Notes under the pieces: model-generated
Told to the model about the DNA's origin: nothing
Database searches by the model: none
What the model saw: only the letters and a program-made list of their open reading frames with translations
Position numbers and translations under genes: made by a program
Part shown: one piece after another, positions 9,852-19,132 of the stretch
How the letters are laid out: the number at the start of each line of letters is the position of its first letter
Numbering within the stretch: the first letter of the stretch is position 1
Virus record (IMG/VR): IMGVR_UViG_3300028600_000001
Coordinates: 1-36,761 of that record
Source: a virus
Reading direction: 5' to 3' (one strand)
Length of the DNA stretch: 36,761 nt

Positions 9852-10664
9852 TTAAATTAAATGGGTGTACGAAAGAATAGAAATGTTCAAAGGGACTGTA
9901 GCGGAATCTACAATACCCCCAATACCCATGGCGTTATTAGCTAGCGCGTTTCTTCCAACCGGCATAGAGAAAAAAGTTTCTCCAAACTCAGTTATCAAAA
10001 CCGAAAAATCAAAATAATAGTCGTTTATTGTTGGTGGTTCTGTAGGAACAAAAGTAACGTGGGCGTCATATTGTGAAGTTGGAGGTATACCAAGCATCGT
10101 GCCAACTGCTTCAAATTCAAGACCTGTTGGTGGAACCCAGTCACTCAAGGTAGCCGTATCAAACTGAAAGCTTGTATTGGCAAAAGTTAGAGCAACCGAA
10201 GTCTGTTCCCAAAATACTTTCCGGCATCCCCCGCCAGTTGGAACCATCTTAAAATTTTCTATCTCCACAGATGCATTTGTGCGCACCCATCCCAAGAACC
10301 TAGATATGTCATAGGATTTACCGGAAGAACCGGAATTTAGGACAGCAATAGAAGGGAGAGAATCCACAGAATCAGACTTTACCGCCATCCCGAGTGGAAG
10401 AGCATTCTGAAGTTTTGAAGATAAAACAAATATTGCATACCATGTATTTGCTTCAGCGGCACCACTCTGTAACCCACCTAACCCAGGTACAGAAAAATCT
10501 ATAGCCAAGGGAAACAAAACCTTTATGTCAAAAAAGTTTTTACTGTCTCTTAACTGACCGCTAGAAATTGATACCGATAACGGTCCCGTTTTTTCCAGCA
10601 AACACCCCTGCGAATAAAGATTTGGAGCATTTACGACTTGTCGTACAAATGGCTCTGTGCCCAT
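9852..10664 (-). CDS. Structural paralogue family A, copy 2 (270 aa)
   Basis: Same motif set: VVNAPNLYSQGC, GQLRDSKNFFDI, WYAIFV, YDISRFLGWV, PPTGLEFEA, VGRN. Confidence 0.7.
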   Translation of the reverse strand: MGTEPFVRQVVNAPNLYSQGCLLEKTGPLSVSISSGQLRDSKNFFDIKVLFPLAIDFSVPGLGGLQSGAAEANTWYAIFVLSSKLQNALPLGMAVKSDSVDSLPSIAVLNSGSSGKSYDISRFLGWVRTNASVEIENFKMVPTGGGCRKVFWEQTSVALTFANTSFQFDTATLSDWVPPTGLEFEAVGTMLGIPPTSQYDAHVTFVPTEPPTINDYYFDFSVLITEFGETFFSMPVGRNALANNAMGIGGIVDSATVPLNISILSYTHLI

Positions 10665-10676
10665 TAGAATTCTCGG

Positions 10677-11453
10677 TTAGATTAAGTAATGACAAGATAA
10701 AACCTTAAGTTCTAAATTGCTTGCAGCAGCACTTACTATCGTACCAAACCCAAGATTTCCTGAGACATCTCGACCTACCAATATTCTGAACTCTATTGGA
10801 TCAGGCAAAGTAGGAAGCGCATTCACACACATAAAGTAGTCAGGTAACGTGGGTGGCTCCGTGCTTAAATAAGTTATATAGCCATTCTCAACTATTGAGG
10901 GATTAAGAACATCCATCTTCAGATTTACTTCAAGAGCGCTTGGAGGAATAGAAGCCCCTAGATTTCCTTGGTTGAAGGCGAAGACTGTGTTGTTTACCGA
11001 AAGGTCTACCGAAGGTAGATCCCAATAAACCGTTCTACTATTACCACCCGTAGGTACCATCCTAAACGGTCTAATTTGTTGAGTACCATCCACGAAGTAC
11101 CAGCCAACAAAACGATTCATGTCATAAGTAATCCCCTTCTCCGAAAACACTTCATAGGGAGGAGGAGTGTTATCCGTGGAAGACATGCCCTCAAAAACTG
11201 CGCTTAGCCTAGGCTGAGCAGCTTGAAGCTTAGAAGAAGCCAAATAGAGAGCATACCAATTATTGGCTGCCAGCTCTGGAGTCGTAAAAGTCACGCTAAG
11301 AGGCTGATTTACTACTATGTCAAAGCTGTTCGTGGAGTCCCGAACTCTCCCAGTAGAAAGTGAGAGAGTTGTGGGTCCCGGAGACGAAAGAACGCAGCCT
11401 TGAGCATATAAACTCGGCGCATTTACGCTCTGCAACGCAAATTCTATTCCCAT
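10677..11453 (-). CDS. Structural paralogue family A, copy 1 (258 aa)
   Basis: Same motif set: VNAPSLYAQGC, GRVRDSTNSFDI, WYALYL, YDMNRFVGWY, VGRD. Its start abuts the coat gene stop. Confidence 0.7.
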   Translation of the reverse strand: MGIEFALQSVNAPSLYAQGCVLSSPGPTTLSLSTGRVRDSTNSFDIVVNQPLSVTFTTPELAANNWYALYLASSKLQAAQPRLSAVFEGMSSTDNTPPPYEVFSEKGITYDMNRFVGWYFVDGTQQIRPFRMVPTGGNSRTVYWDLPSVDLSVNNTVFAFNQGNLGASIPPSALEVNLKMDVLNPSIVENGYITYLSTEPPTLPDYFMCVNALPTLPDPIEFRILVGRDVSGNLGFGTIVSAAASNLELKVLSCHYLI

Positions 11454-12796
11454 TAGACGTTCCCGGTAGGTATGCAGATTCGCATGCTATTTTCAGCGAC
11501 CAAGGTAGAACCGTAGATCACGTCATAAACGTAGGATCGTTGATTCTGCTGGAAGACTGTTCCCCAATAGTTTCGGAGGGAAATAGCTGTTCCTTCATGA
11601 GACTTATGCACAGTTGGGAAAGGAATTTCGTCTGGAAGTTCTGGAGAAGCGTAGTAGAAAGGTTTGCCGGACATGATGACGCCAGCCTTATGGCTTGGAA
11701 CTACACCAGCAGTTCTTCCTGCGAGCAACGACTGATTTATATTCTGATTAGGATCAGCGCTCGTGTTAACCAAAGCTGGATAAATTGGAACCGTAACATT
11801 ACCAGCACCATCCGTATTTACGTCTGCAGTACAACGAACCTGAACCGCGAAATCACTCAAGAAATGGCCAATGAAGGTTAAATAACGGAAGTTATTCGTC
11901 TCATCAAATTGGATTAAATCACCACTAACTAGAGCGCCTGTCTGGCTAAGAAGTGGGCTATTGAAAGTAATTTCAGTAATTACGCCATTTACTTCGTTGG
12001 TTGAAACTACTGTAAGAACGTTTGCAGGATTAGCCGCGTCTCCTACTGCACCAGCCTGATGGTCGGGCAGTAAGTTAGTCTGATAGTAATCACAACCGCC
12101 CTGATTACCAATCTTCCAACCCATTGCGTAGTCAGAGTTTCTTTTTTCTACGAACTGGTTTAATGCGTTACCAACAACGTCTGGCTGAATGATGTCAGGC
12201 AGGATAGATACGCACTGATCTTGAGCAGCACCGTAGTTACGGAACTGAACGCGGGAACGAGCCAACTGGGTAACGGAGTTATAAGCTGGTATAGCTGTGT
12301 CGCCAATAGTCCAACCATTAGTAAAGAAACGATAAGGACCGGAGGTAACGTCGACGACCTGACCATTATTGGGTGACTGGTCGTTTCTAACAACAAAGGA
12401 ACTTGTTACCTGACGTAACAAATCTTTTTCCATTTTGGCACCAATCTCATACATACGAGATTTACCAAATTTCTCCATGTAGTCCATCACATTGAAGATG
12501 TACTGTTCGGCATTAAAGGTGTAGTTAGAGCTGAGAGCTTGGGTAACAGATAAAGACTGAACCCTTTGTTCACTTCCCTGATTGGAAATCACCAAAGACT
12601 CTTGAGTTTGGGCTCTAGGCGGCAAATCAAACGTTACAGTATCCCCTAAGTTGCCAGGAATTTTATTAAATTCCTTGTACCGAGTGTTTGCAATACCTGT
12701 CTTTGGATTAAGAACAACAGAATAGTTAATGAGCCACGCAAGCTGCGCGTCCATATAACGTTGTACAGTTTGAAGGATATTGGTAGGTAAAGCCAT
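11453..12796 (-). CDS. Major capsid (coat) protein, 447 aa, probably P22-coat-like HK97 fold
   Basis: Follows the scaffold gene. Size near P22 gp5. AGGAGACATC lies upstream of the ATG. GDTVTFDLPPR-type motif. Confidence 0.75.
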   Translation of the reverse strand: MALPTNILQTVQRYMDAQLAWLINYSVVLNPKTGIANTRYKEFNKIPGNLGDTVTFDLPPRAQTQESLVISNQGSEQRVQSLSVTQALSSNYTFNAEQYIFNVMDYMEKFGKSRMYEIGAKMEKDLLRQVTSSFVVRNDQSPNNGQVVDVTSGPYRFFTNGWTIGDTAIPAYNSVTQLARSRVQFRNYGAAQDQCVSILPDIIQPDVVGNALNQFVEKRNSDYAMGWKIGNQGGCDYYQTNLLPDHQAGAVGDAANPANVLTVVSTNEVNGVITEITFNSPLLSQTGALVSGDLIQFDETNNFRYLTFIGHFLSDFAVQVRCTADVNTDGAGNVTVPIYPALVNTSADPNQNINQSLLAGRTAGVVPSHKAGVIMSGKPFYYASPELPDEIPFPTVHKSHEGTAISLRNYWGTVFQQNQRSYVYDVIYGSTLVAENSMRICIPTGNV

Positions 12797-12841
12797 GATG
12801 TCTCCTGATCAAATTACTCAACCAGGAAACTCTTTTTTAGT

Positions 12842-13537
12842 TTATTTCTCTGAAAAATAAGCTAAAAAGTCATCTACCGATTGAGGATCTCCGCCTTTGT
12901 GAGCGGGAGAATGTGAGATTTGGTCTAAAGGAGCAGGCGCATCAGTAAATTGTTGGACGTCAGGAGAACTTTTCTTCATAAGATCAGAAATAGCTGCATC
13001 AGCAGCTTCTTCCAATCCAGAGCCATAACTTTGTTCTACCATAAGAGCAATAGCTGGATTCTTAGCGAGATGATAAACAACATCGGCAGCAACATTTGGA
13101 TTCTTCATGGAAGCCTGGAGAATGCCCGGCATTTTATCTAACGGGAGATTCTTCGTGACCGTCCTAAAGTCCTTATGTTTCTGCTCTCCTTCCGATAACT
13201 TTTGTTTATACGAGTTAACGGCCGCCAAAGCGTCTTGTTTCTGTCTTTCTTTTTCCTGAGTTTGCTGCTGCTCATATAGTTTATTTAGAGCTTCCTGCGT
13301 CCCTCTCTCAGCAGCTTGTTTAGCAATGGCTTCTAGATCAGGCATGGAATTTTGCTGAGGAGCGCTAGTCGGTTGGTACTGACGAGCTGCTCGATCAGAA
13401 GCTTCCTTCCTAACTTTGCTTGCGACAGAGTTAAGACCTTGCTGATATTCGGCCTCGCTATAAAACTTTTGAGTATCAGGAGTTGGAGCACTTACTTCAG
13501 GGGAACTTAAACCCCCATTTTTTTCTTCTACTGACAT
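12842..13537 (-). CDS. Scaffolding protein, 231 aa
   Basis: Between the portal and coat genes. Charged, Gln/Glu/Lys-rich coiled-coil centre (QQQTQEKERQKQDALAAV). Confidence 0.6.
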   Translation of the reverse strand: MSVEEKNGGLSSPEVSAPTPDTQKFYSEAEYQQGLNSVASKVRKEASDRAARQYQPTSAPQQNSMPDLEAIAKQAAERGTQEALNKLYEQQQTQEKERQKQDALAAVNSYKQKLSEGEQKHKDFRTVTKNLPLDKMPGILQASMKNPNVAADVVYHLAKNPAIALMVEQSYGSGLEEAADAAISDLMKKSSPDVQQFTDAPAPLDQISHSPAHKGGDPQSVDDFLAYFSEK

Positions 13538-13688
13538 AATTTTTACCTATGATTTAACCCGCACACCGGGACACGACTGCCGTCGTCGACTTAACGCTGT
13601 CTGCGTCTCACAATACCCTCTGAGAAGAGGTAATTGGTTTCATATGCCTACAAAACCACCTAACAAAACCTACTTGGAAGTGCTACTA

Positions 13689-13716
13689 ATTATACAATTT
13701 AAACCAGAAAAGTCAA
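13689..13716 (-). promoter_or_regulatory. Near-consensus sigma70 promoter for the scaffold/coat (late) operon
   Basis: Minus strand reads TTGACT (13716-13711), 16-nt spacer, TATAAT (13694-13689). It lies about 150 nt upstream of the scaffold ATG. Confidence 0.65.
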
Positions 13717-13717
13717 C

Positions 13718-13758
13718 TTATTAACAGGTTATTAACAACTTATTAACAGGTTATTCAC
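13718..13758. repeat. Four 8-mers TTATTAAC / TTATTAAC / TTATTAAC / TTATTCAC at exact 11-bp phasing (equivalently two 22-bp tandem units)
   Basis: Copies start at 13718, 13729, 13740 and 13751. On the minus strand they begin 2 bp upstream of the -35 box. Confidence 0.9.
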
Positions 13759-13948
13759 ACTTTACATTCGTTGAAATGTCACCATAAGGGTTAACGGGCC
13801 ACTCCTTAAAAGAGTCTAGCAAAGACACTTTAACCTGTTGTAGAGGTCTGATGATCCGCAACTCCTCAAGCATCCCACGCGCCCATTCTGTCTCCCTTCG
13901 TAGTTTTCGTTCCTTCTCCCTGCGTCGTCTTCGCTCTTTCTGTTTCAT
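13751..13948 (-). CDS. Small Arg/Lys-rich protein, 65 aa
   Basis: ATGA start/stop overlap with the portal gene suggests coupled translation. N-terminus KQKERRRRREKERKLRR. Confidence 0.45.
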   Translation of the reverse strand: MKQKERRRRREKERKLRRETEWARGMLEELRIIRPLQQVKVSLLDSFKEWPVNPYGDISTNVKCE

Positions 13949-16137
13949 TTTTTATCCCCCTTTTCGGAAGCCTTACTCATAGCTCTTTCAACCGCCATTA
14001 AAGCATCAGCTGCTGAACGACTCTCTTCAGACTCAAGCCTTTCTTTTTCTAGCAAAGCTTTTTGAGAATCTAAACCTAACTCACCAAATACTTTCATGCG
14101 CTTGGTAAGAGCATCGACTTCCTTAGTATCAGCATTCTGTTTTTCCACGGCAGCCTTAGCGCTACTTAAGATAGTTTCTGTCTGAAGTTTCTGCTGCTGC
14201 AGTGCATACTCTTCTTGCTGTTTTTTAGCAGCCAGCTGAATCTCCTGACCCTTCAGCAGAGTTGGGTCTTGAGCTTTGAGAAGCTTCTGACGCTCAGCCA
14301 ATTCCATCTGCTGAGTCTGCATAGCCATCTGGGACTGCTGCTCCAACTTCTTAAGATAGGGCTCAACACCTTTCTTGAGCGACTCCACTCCTTTTATCTC
14401 TAGATTGTTTAAGAGGAGCTCAATACCTTGCTGTGTCTCTCCTATGTACTTACCTATGGCTGGATAGGCCTTACTTAAGCCCATCATCGTCTCTAGAGCT
14501 TCTTGGCGTCTTAGAGAGTTACTTGGGCCAGGAGTTATATCCACAGACAAACCGTGAGGATCGTAATTAAGAGAAGGCCCCCCTTCTTGATTGACCTTTA
14601 CATAAGCGCGACTCCCATTGGAATCTTTAACTGGGACCGTTCTAGCAGTCACGTAGTATTTAGGGATCAAGTCCATGCAAATAAGAGCAACTTGAGCTAG
14701 CCCATCTTCTACAAAATTGAAAAAATAAGGGAGGGCAGAAGCTGTCGAGAGACGATCTAAAGCAATGATTCCTTTGCCGCTGATAGGACCACGATTCTCT
14801 ATCATAGAGTGTTGGGTGCTAGATAAAACATTGGCTACCTCACTCATATTATGGAAAGAATCTAATACATGAGGGGGCGTCTGCTGGCGTGGCATAGGAG
14901 ATGGCGTCGGAACAGGCTGGTTGTCATCATCTTTATGGTTGTACACCAGAAGACTAGCCTTTCGAGTCTTAAGCCACGCTTCCGAAAAGGTCTCTTGGCT
15001 AGGCAATGCAGCTCTAGGCATCATCATTTGACTCATCTGAAGACTCTGCATGTCAGCCGAAATAGTATTTCCCGCAAAATTCTTCATCTCTTGGAGATAC
15101 TTTAAGTTTTTGACATAAGACTGGGTGAGCTGCCCGGTACCACTAGCTTCGCTTTGGGATAGACGAACTGAGTTTCCATCCAAAAAGACTAAAGGCAACA
15201 TGGAGTAACTGGTTTTTTCGATGGATAGAATTTGGTTATCAGTAAGCAAATATCGATAGATGTGAGTAACAATCGTGGTCCGTTCCCTCAAAATTCTAGG
15301 AGGGATCACCAAAGAAAAAGAGCCGTAGAGCCTATCGTATTCAGATTTGCTTATAACTTTAGGGCCGCTCTCATCCTCAATCTCATACATGCGTTCCTTT
15401 TTCTTCTTCTTCTGATAATGATCAGCTACCAAAATGATGCTTCTGTTACCACTCCGAAGCGTAAAGTTAAAAGAACCAACGTTGGTGCTGCCAGTTGCCT
15501 CTAGATAGTCTTCATCACCACGCTCCTTCCCTATTTCTTTCTTCAAAGCTTTGGAGCCAAATTTTTCTCCAAATTCTTCTATGGACATGGGGAAGAGATT
15601 TCCGCAGAAATCTGCGTCGCACTTGGATCGCTTGGTGGCTTTCTTGTCAAAATATGCAAGTGTGGGATCTATAACTTTTTCTATTCGAATTACTTGATCG
15701 AAAGAACGATCATGCTCGTACTCTGTAAATACTTTGAGAAAACTAAAACCACCAACCACTACCTCGCGCATAGCATCAAACAACATTTGTTTCTGAGATG
15801 AACTCGTTAGGATTTCTCTTAGAATTCCTTCTATTGCGTCTACCTGCTCAGCATCGTTCGGATTTTCTGAGGGAGAACCAACCTTTATGGAAGGTTCCTG
15901 ATCAACCCACGTTCTTAGGAGCTCGTTAACAGGCGCTTCCGTAATATTGAATTCCATAGAGGGGCATTGAGTTTCTCGAGCCAGAGCTTCATCTCCATCA
16001 CTAATGCTACTTTGATAAACAAACTTCATGAAATACTGGAAGCTATCGTAATTTGGCTTGAAATAGTTGTAGGAATCTTCAAGCTTATTTTTTATCAGCT
16101 TCAGTTCCTCTTCCGTACGGTAGGGGTTAGCACTCAT
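13945..16137 (-). CDS. Portal protein, 730 aa, with a ~130-aa C-terminal coiled coil (P22-portal-like barrel)
   Basis: Immediately after TerL. Size close to the P22 portal. C-terminal heptad-like Gln/Glu/Lys-rich region. Confidence 0.8.
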   Translation of the reverse strand: MSANPYRTEEELKLIKNKLEDSYNYFKPNYDSFQYFMKFVYQSSISDGDEALARETQCPSMEFNITEAPVNELLRTWVDQEPSIKVGSPSENPNDAEQVDAIEGILREILTSSSQKQMLFDAMREVVVGGFSFLKVFTEYEHDRSFDQVIRIEKVIDPTLAYFDKKATKRSKCDADFCGNLFPMSIEEFGEKFGSKALKKEIGKERGDEDYLEATGSTNVGSFNFTLRSGNRSIILVADHYQKKKKKERMYEIEDESGPKVISKSEYDRLYGSFSLVIPPRILRERTTIVTHIYRYLLTDNQILSIEKTSYSMLPLVFLDGNSVRLSQSEASGTGQLTQSYVKNLKYLQEMKNFAGNTISADMQSLQMSQMMMPRAALPSQETFSEAWLKTRKASLLVYNHKDDDNQPVPTPSPMPRQQTPPHVLDSFHNMSEVANVLSSTQHSMIENRGPISGKGIIALDRLSTASALPYFFNFVEDGLAQVALICMDLIPKYYVTARTVPVKDSNGSRAYVKVNQEGGPSLNYDPHGLSVDITPGPSNSLRRQEALETMMGLSKAYPAIGKYIGETQQGIELLLNNLEIKGVESLKKGVEPYLKKLEQQSQMAMQTQQMELAERQKLLKAQDPTLLKGQEIQLAAKKQQEEYALQQQKLQTETILSSAKAAVEKQNADTKEVDALTKRMKVFGELGLDSQKALLEKERLESEESRSAADALMAVERAMSKASEKGDKK

Positions 16138-16173
16138 AATTTTATAGTAGGTTAAGATTGGTTTTACTTAATT

Positions 16174-17685
16174 TCACCACCTATTTGCATAGAGCTCTGC
16201 TGTTCTAAAGGCAGACTCTGCGAACTTTTGCTCAAACTTAGAGACAGCTTCATCATTACTGTTCATTTTCTTAGGCCGATATTCACTAAAGGCATACTCT
16301 AAGGCTTCGCATACATGGCTGTGGTGATTCTTTTTGGGAACAGGTTTCAACGAAGGAATCTTGTCCCATCGGGAAGTTGGAAGAACCTCGTAGTGGAAAT
16401 CACCCAAGAGGCCTTCACGTATGGTGTGGCAGCCTTCTGAAAGAAGAAAGCCGGGTTCACCCTTTATCATACGTGTTAAGAAATATTTTAATGCATCTCT
16501 TCTGAATTCTACACTATTTGAGGCAGCAGGTTTAGAAATTACCCCGTGTTCTTTTAGGATTATGGATGCTGTCTTGCCATCAGCCGTACTTCCCATCCCA
16601 GAAGGATCATGACGACTCACATGGTTATTTCTCCACCACGGGTATTTTTTATCCAAAACTGGGATCACGGTGTCTGAAAGGAAGGGCCTTAAGAAATCCT
16701 GAACAGTGGGAAATTCATCGAGCACGAAAATCCTGCCGTCCGGCTGCCTCTGTATAACCACACACGCAGGAGTGTTGCCAAAGTCCCAGCCTAAACAAAT
16801 GGAAAGGTTTGGGATTGCCTTAAGATCGGCACGACTATATTGAATTGAATCATTGAACTCAGGATGGACAGGATGGCCCCACTGTACGGTTCCGTACTCT
16901 CCGCACAGATTCACCTTAATGTAATCCGTGGCAGCGCCACGCGCATTGTTAAGCCAATAGCCTGGGGGAGACGTGTACTGAGTGTACTCGGCGTCCGGGT
17001 TCTCTTTCCATTTGTTACCCTCTAAATCGATGGCGTACTCGTTTTCTTTTAGCTGATCTTTTGCCGTAGCTAGAACAACAGCGGGAGGATAGTCGAAGAG
17101 AGTCCACCCAGATCGTTTTTGTCTTTCAAAGAAATGATATATCCAGTGGTTCGTCTTAGGAGGGTTACAATCTGCGATGACGAGTCTTTTCCCTAATCCT
17201 CCTCCCATTTTACGACTGGGATAACGCATGGTCCTTTCCAAAACATCTGTTAAAAGCGCAGGACTTTTAATGAATTGACACTCGTTCAGATAGAATCCTG
17301 TTGCTTCTAAAGATTTGAGCTTTACGACGTCCTCTGGTCTTTCGAGGGCCATGAAGATGAGCTGGATTTCAACCCCCGGAAAGGTGAGGGTGTGATAGAT
17401 TCTTCCCTGACCAATGGGTCTTCCAAAATATTCTGAGGGGAACCACGATTGCCAGGTTGGCACCGTAGTGTCGTGTAGATTTGCGTAGGTATCTCTTACA
17501 ATTACCCATTTAGAACGACGAACGCCGTCAAAACAGGGTTTTTGATATAAAGTAGAATCAACCATAGAAACTAGGGCGATAGAGGACTTTCCACACCCAG
17601 CGGGCCCCTTAAGGAGCTTCACATCCGAGGTACGGTCAGATAAAAAAGCTAGTCCGATATCGTCATATCTAAAGTTGGTTATCAT
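16174..17685 (-). CDS. terL: Terminase large subunit, 503 aa
   Basis: Walker A GPAGCGKSS. Walker B-like LVIADCNPP. C-terminal RNase-H-like nuclease motifs (LGWDFGNTPA, HDPSG). Followed by the portal gene. Confidence 0.9.
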   Translation of the reverse strand: MITNFRYDDIGLAFLSDRTSDVKLLKGPAGCGKSSIALVSMVDSTLYQKPCFDGVRRSKWVIVRDTYANLHDTTVPTWQSWFPSEYFGRPIGQGRIYHTLTFPGVEIQLIFMALERPEDVVKLKSLEATGFYLNECQFIKSPALLTDVLERTMRYPSRKMGGGLGKRLVIADCNPPKTNHWIYHFFERQKRSGWTLFDYPPAVVLATAKDQLKENEYAIDLEGNKWKENPDAEYTQYTSPPGYWLNNARGAATDYIKVNLCGEYGTVQWGHPVHPEFNDSIQYSRADLKAIPNLSICLGWDFGNTPACVVIQRQPDGRIFVLDEFPTVQDFLRPFLSDTVIPVLDKKYPWWRNNHVSRHDPSGMGSTADGKTASIILKEHGVISKPAASNSVEFRRDALKYFLTRMIKGEPGFLLSEGCHTIREGLLGDFHYEVLPTSRWDKIPSLKPVPKKNHHSHVCEALEYAFSEYRPKKMNSNDEAVSKFEQKFAESAFRTAELYANRW

Positions 17686-17703
17686 TTCATAAATTTAACT
17701 CGC

Positions 17704-18669
17704 TTATGCCTGGGACATAGGGATGGTGAACCTAACAATTTTAGGAGGCGTGATGACCCAACTGTATTCTGCGTTCTCTTCGTCGATAGAAACGTTCAAC
17801 TCCCACTTACCTTGAATGGCTACCCCGAGAGTGCAACGTGGCATTAGAACGCCAGACAAGTCCGAGTCTAACTCTTGTGTACCCTCAATTAGCTTTGCAG
17901 TTCTGAATTTTTCCCTAAAAATATGGTGGCCTAGATTCCCCGCTGGTCCTAATAGCTGAGAGAATACATGGGAAATATCAGGCGTCTTTCTAAGCCAACG
18001 AATAAGAAAAGGATGGGACTGGGGAAAATCATAATAAAGAGGCGCACCATCCAAGCTCGCACAAACTTCTTCAGGAGACGGGTAATCTCCCGCATCAGAG
18101 CTCCACATTCCTCTCTCTCCTTCCTTAAACAACCTATGAGTAATGGTTTTGAGAGGCAAAGAGGGAACTCCGCGCTCGATAGACCATTCGATAGCCCTAC
18201 CGTAATCACATTTGCTGAATACCGCAGCTTCGGTATTTAAAGTTGGCATAGAAAAGAATATATCTTTAGAAAACGAGAGAAAAAGATTACGCGTTTCTTG
18301 AACAACGTCCGCTATCCTTGAGCGCGGCACAATCCAGAAAACCTGTTCCTCTCTCTTAAAGTAGCTGTCTCTAAGATCTAAAAAAGTTTCCGGAGTGTAC
18401 TGAGGAATAAACAATCTCTCGGGAGACCAATGATTATCGTAGTGCATACCCGCAGCGGAGATTAACTGGAGGTAGATATCTTTGATAGATAATGGATACC
18501 ACAAATCGCAGGTCTCCCCTCCTTTTTTAGCGATCGGAACAGTTGAAACTACCAGATCACATTCTTTCAAAAACAAGAAATGAGTTTTACTTTTCTGTAG
18601 GTCAAAGTTCATATAAATTTCTTTAACATCTTTGTAAAACTCACCTTCTCCAAACAGTTCATTCATCAT
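17704..18669 (-). CDS. Hypothetical protein, 321 aa, directly upstream of terL
   Basis: Long ORF with overlapping start/stop coupling to the upstream gene. No motif recognised. Confidence 0.6.
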   Translation of the reverse strand: MMNELFGEGEFYKDVKEIYMNFDLQKSKTHFLFLKECDLVVSTVPIAKKGGETCDLWYPLSIKDIYLQLISAAGMHYDNHWSPERLFIPQYTPETFLDLRDSYFKREEQVFWIVPRSRIADVVQETRNLFLSFSKDIFFSMPTLNTEAAVFSKCDYGRAIEWSIERGVPSLPLKTITHRLFKEGERGMWSSDAGDYPSPEEVCASLDGAPLYYDFPQSHPFLIRWLRKTPDISHVFSQLLGPAGNLGHHIFREKFRTAKLIEGTQELDSDLSGVLMPRCTLGVAIQGKWELNVSIDEENAEYSWVITPPKIVRFTIPMSQA

Positions 18670-18829
18670 TCTCTCCTCGCCGTTTAGGAATTATTATGTG
18701 TTCTTTAATATTACTTATAATCCGCATGGCACGTACAAATACTACTGCGAATAAAATACAACCGACGATAGAAATAACTACCAAAACTTCAAATCCAATG
18801 AATAGCACGTGCGCAACTGTTTCAGTCAT
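18659..18829 (-). CDS. Small single-pass membrane protein, 56 aa (not in the ORF track)
   Basis: Hand translation: MTETVAHVLFIGFEVLVVISIVGCILFAVVFVRAMRIISNIKEHIIIPKRRGENDE. GGGGAGGAAAA lies before the ATG. Its stop overlaps the next start. Confidence 0.5.
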   Translation of the reverse strand: MTETVAHVLFIGFEVLVVISIVGCILFAVVFVRAMRIISNIKEHIIIPKRRGENDE

Positions 18830-18960
18830 TTTTCCTCCCCTGTTAGATTTGCGAGAACTTCTTCCAATATCTCTCCTCTCAAACCAACCTCAAGTAATTC
18901 TTTGCGCCACCATTTAACGCTATCAACGCTTTCGCTCTCATCGTCAGATGTTTTATTCAT
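18826..18960 (-). CDS. Small acidic protein, 44 aa (not in the ORF track)
   Basis: Hand translation: MNKTSDDESESVDSVKWWRKELLEVGLRGEILEEVLANLTGEEK. ATGA-type overlaps at both ends. Shares the ACATCTGACGA 5' segment with family B. Confidence 0.45.
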   Translation of the reverse strand: MNKTSDDESESVDSVKWWRKELLEVGLRGEILEEVLANLTGEEK

Positions 18961-19132
18961 TGTCTAAGCTCCTCTGGAATTCTCTTAAGTCTCTCTCTAG
19001 GTGCCGAATGCGCTTGTTCATATCATTATATTCCACCTCACATCTTTTATCGTGGCTACGACTGTCTCTCCTATTAATAAAGACAATAATTAGGATTATA
19101 GATTGCAGCGCTAATATAAAAGTTTCAGTCAT
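18953..19132 (-). CDS. Small membrane-anchored coiled-coil protein (59 aa counted from MTET)
   Basis: GGGGGAGAG lies before the ATG at 19132. TM segment FILALQSIILIIVFI followed by a charged helix. Confidence 0.5.
   Translation of the reverse strand: MTETFILALQSIILIIVFINRRDSRSHDKRCEVEYNDMNKRIRHLERDLREFQRSLDNE

Noticed and set aside
11360-11881. 173-aa plus-strand ORF, the longest tracked ORF antisense to another gene.
   Set aside because: It lies entirely antisense to the coat gene and the end of paralogue A1. It has no ribosome site and its composition mirrors the opposite strand. Treated as a shadow ORF. The same reasoning applies to 571..759, 900..1100, 3293..3523, 4421..4760, 8693..8947, 12950..13141, 14215..16155 (five plus-strand ORFs), 16421..16757, 17968..18240, 18696..19328, 19445..19905, 21752..21949, 23482..23778, 32975..33669 and 34380..34634.
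12160-12396. Same-strand alternative-frame ORFs inside larger genes (also 1274..1459, 4615..4848, 5458..5661, 5756..5995, 17949..18209).
   Set aside because: They are fully nested in, or overlap heavily with, longer ORFs that have recognisable motifs or operon context. There is no independent start signal.
17704-18669. Small terminase by position (immediately upstream of terL).
   Set aside because: 321 aa is about twice the usual TerS size, and no HTH or oligomerisation pattern was recognised. The TerS gene remains unidentified.
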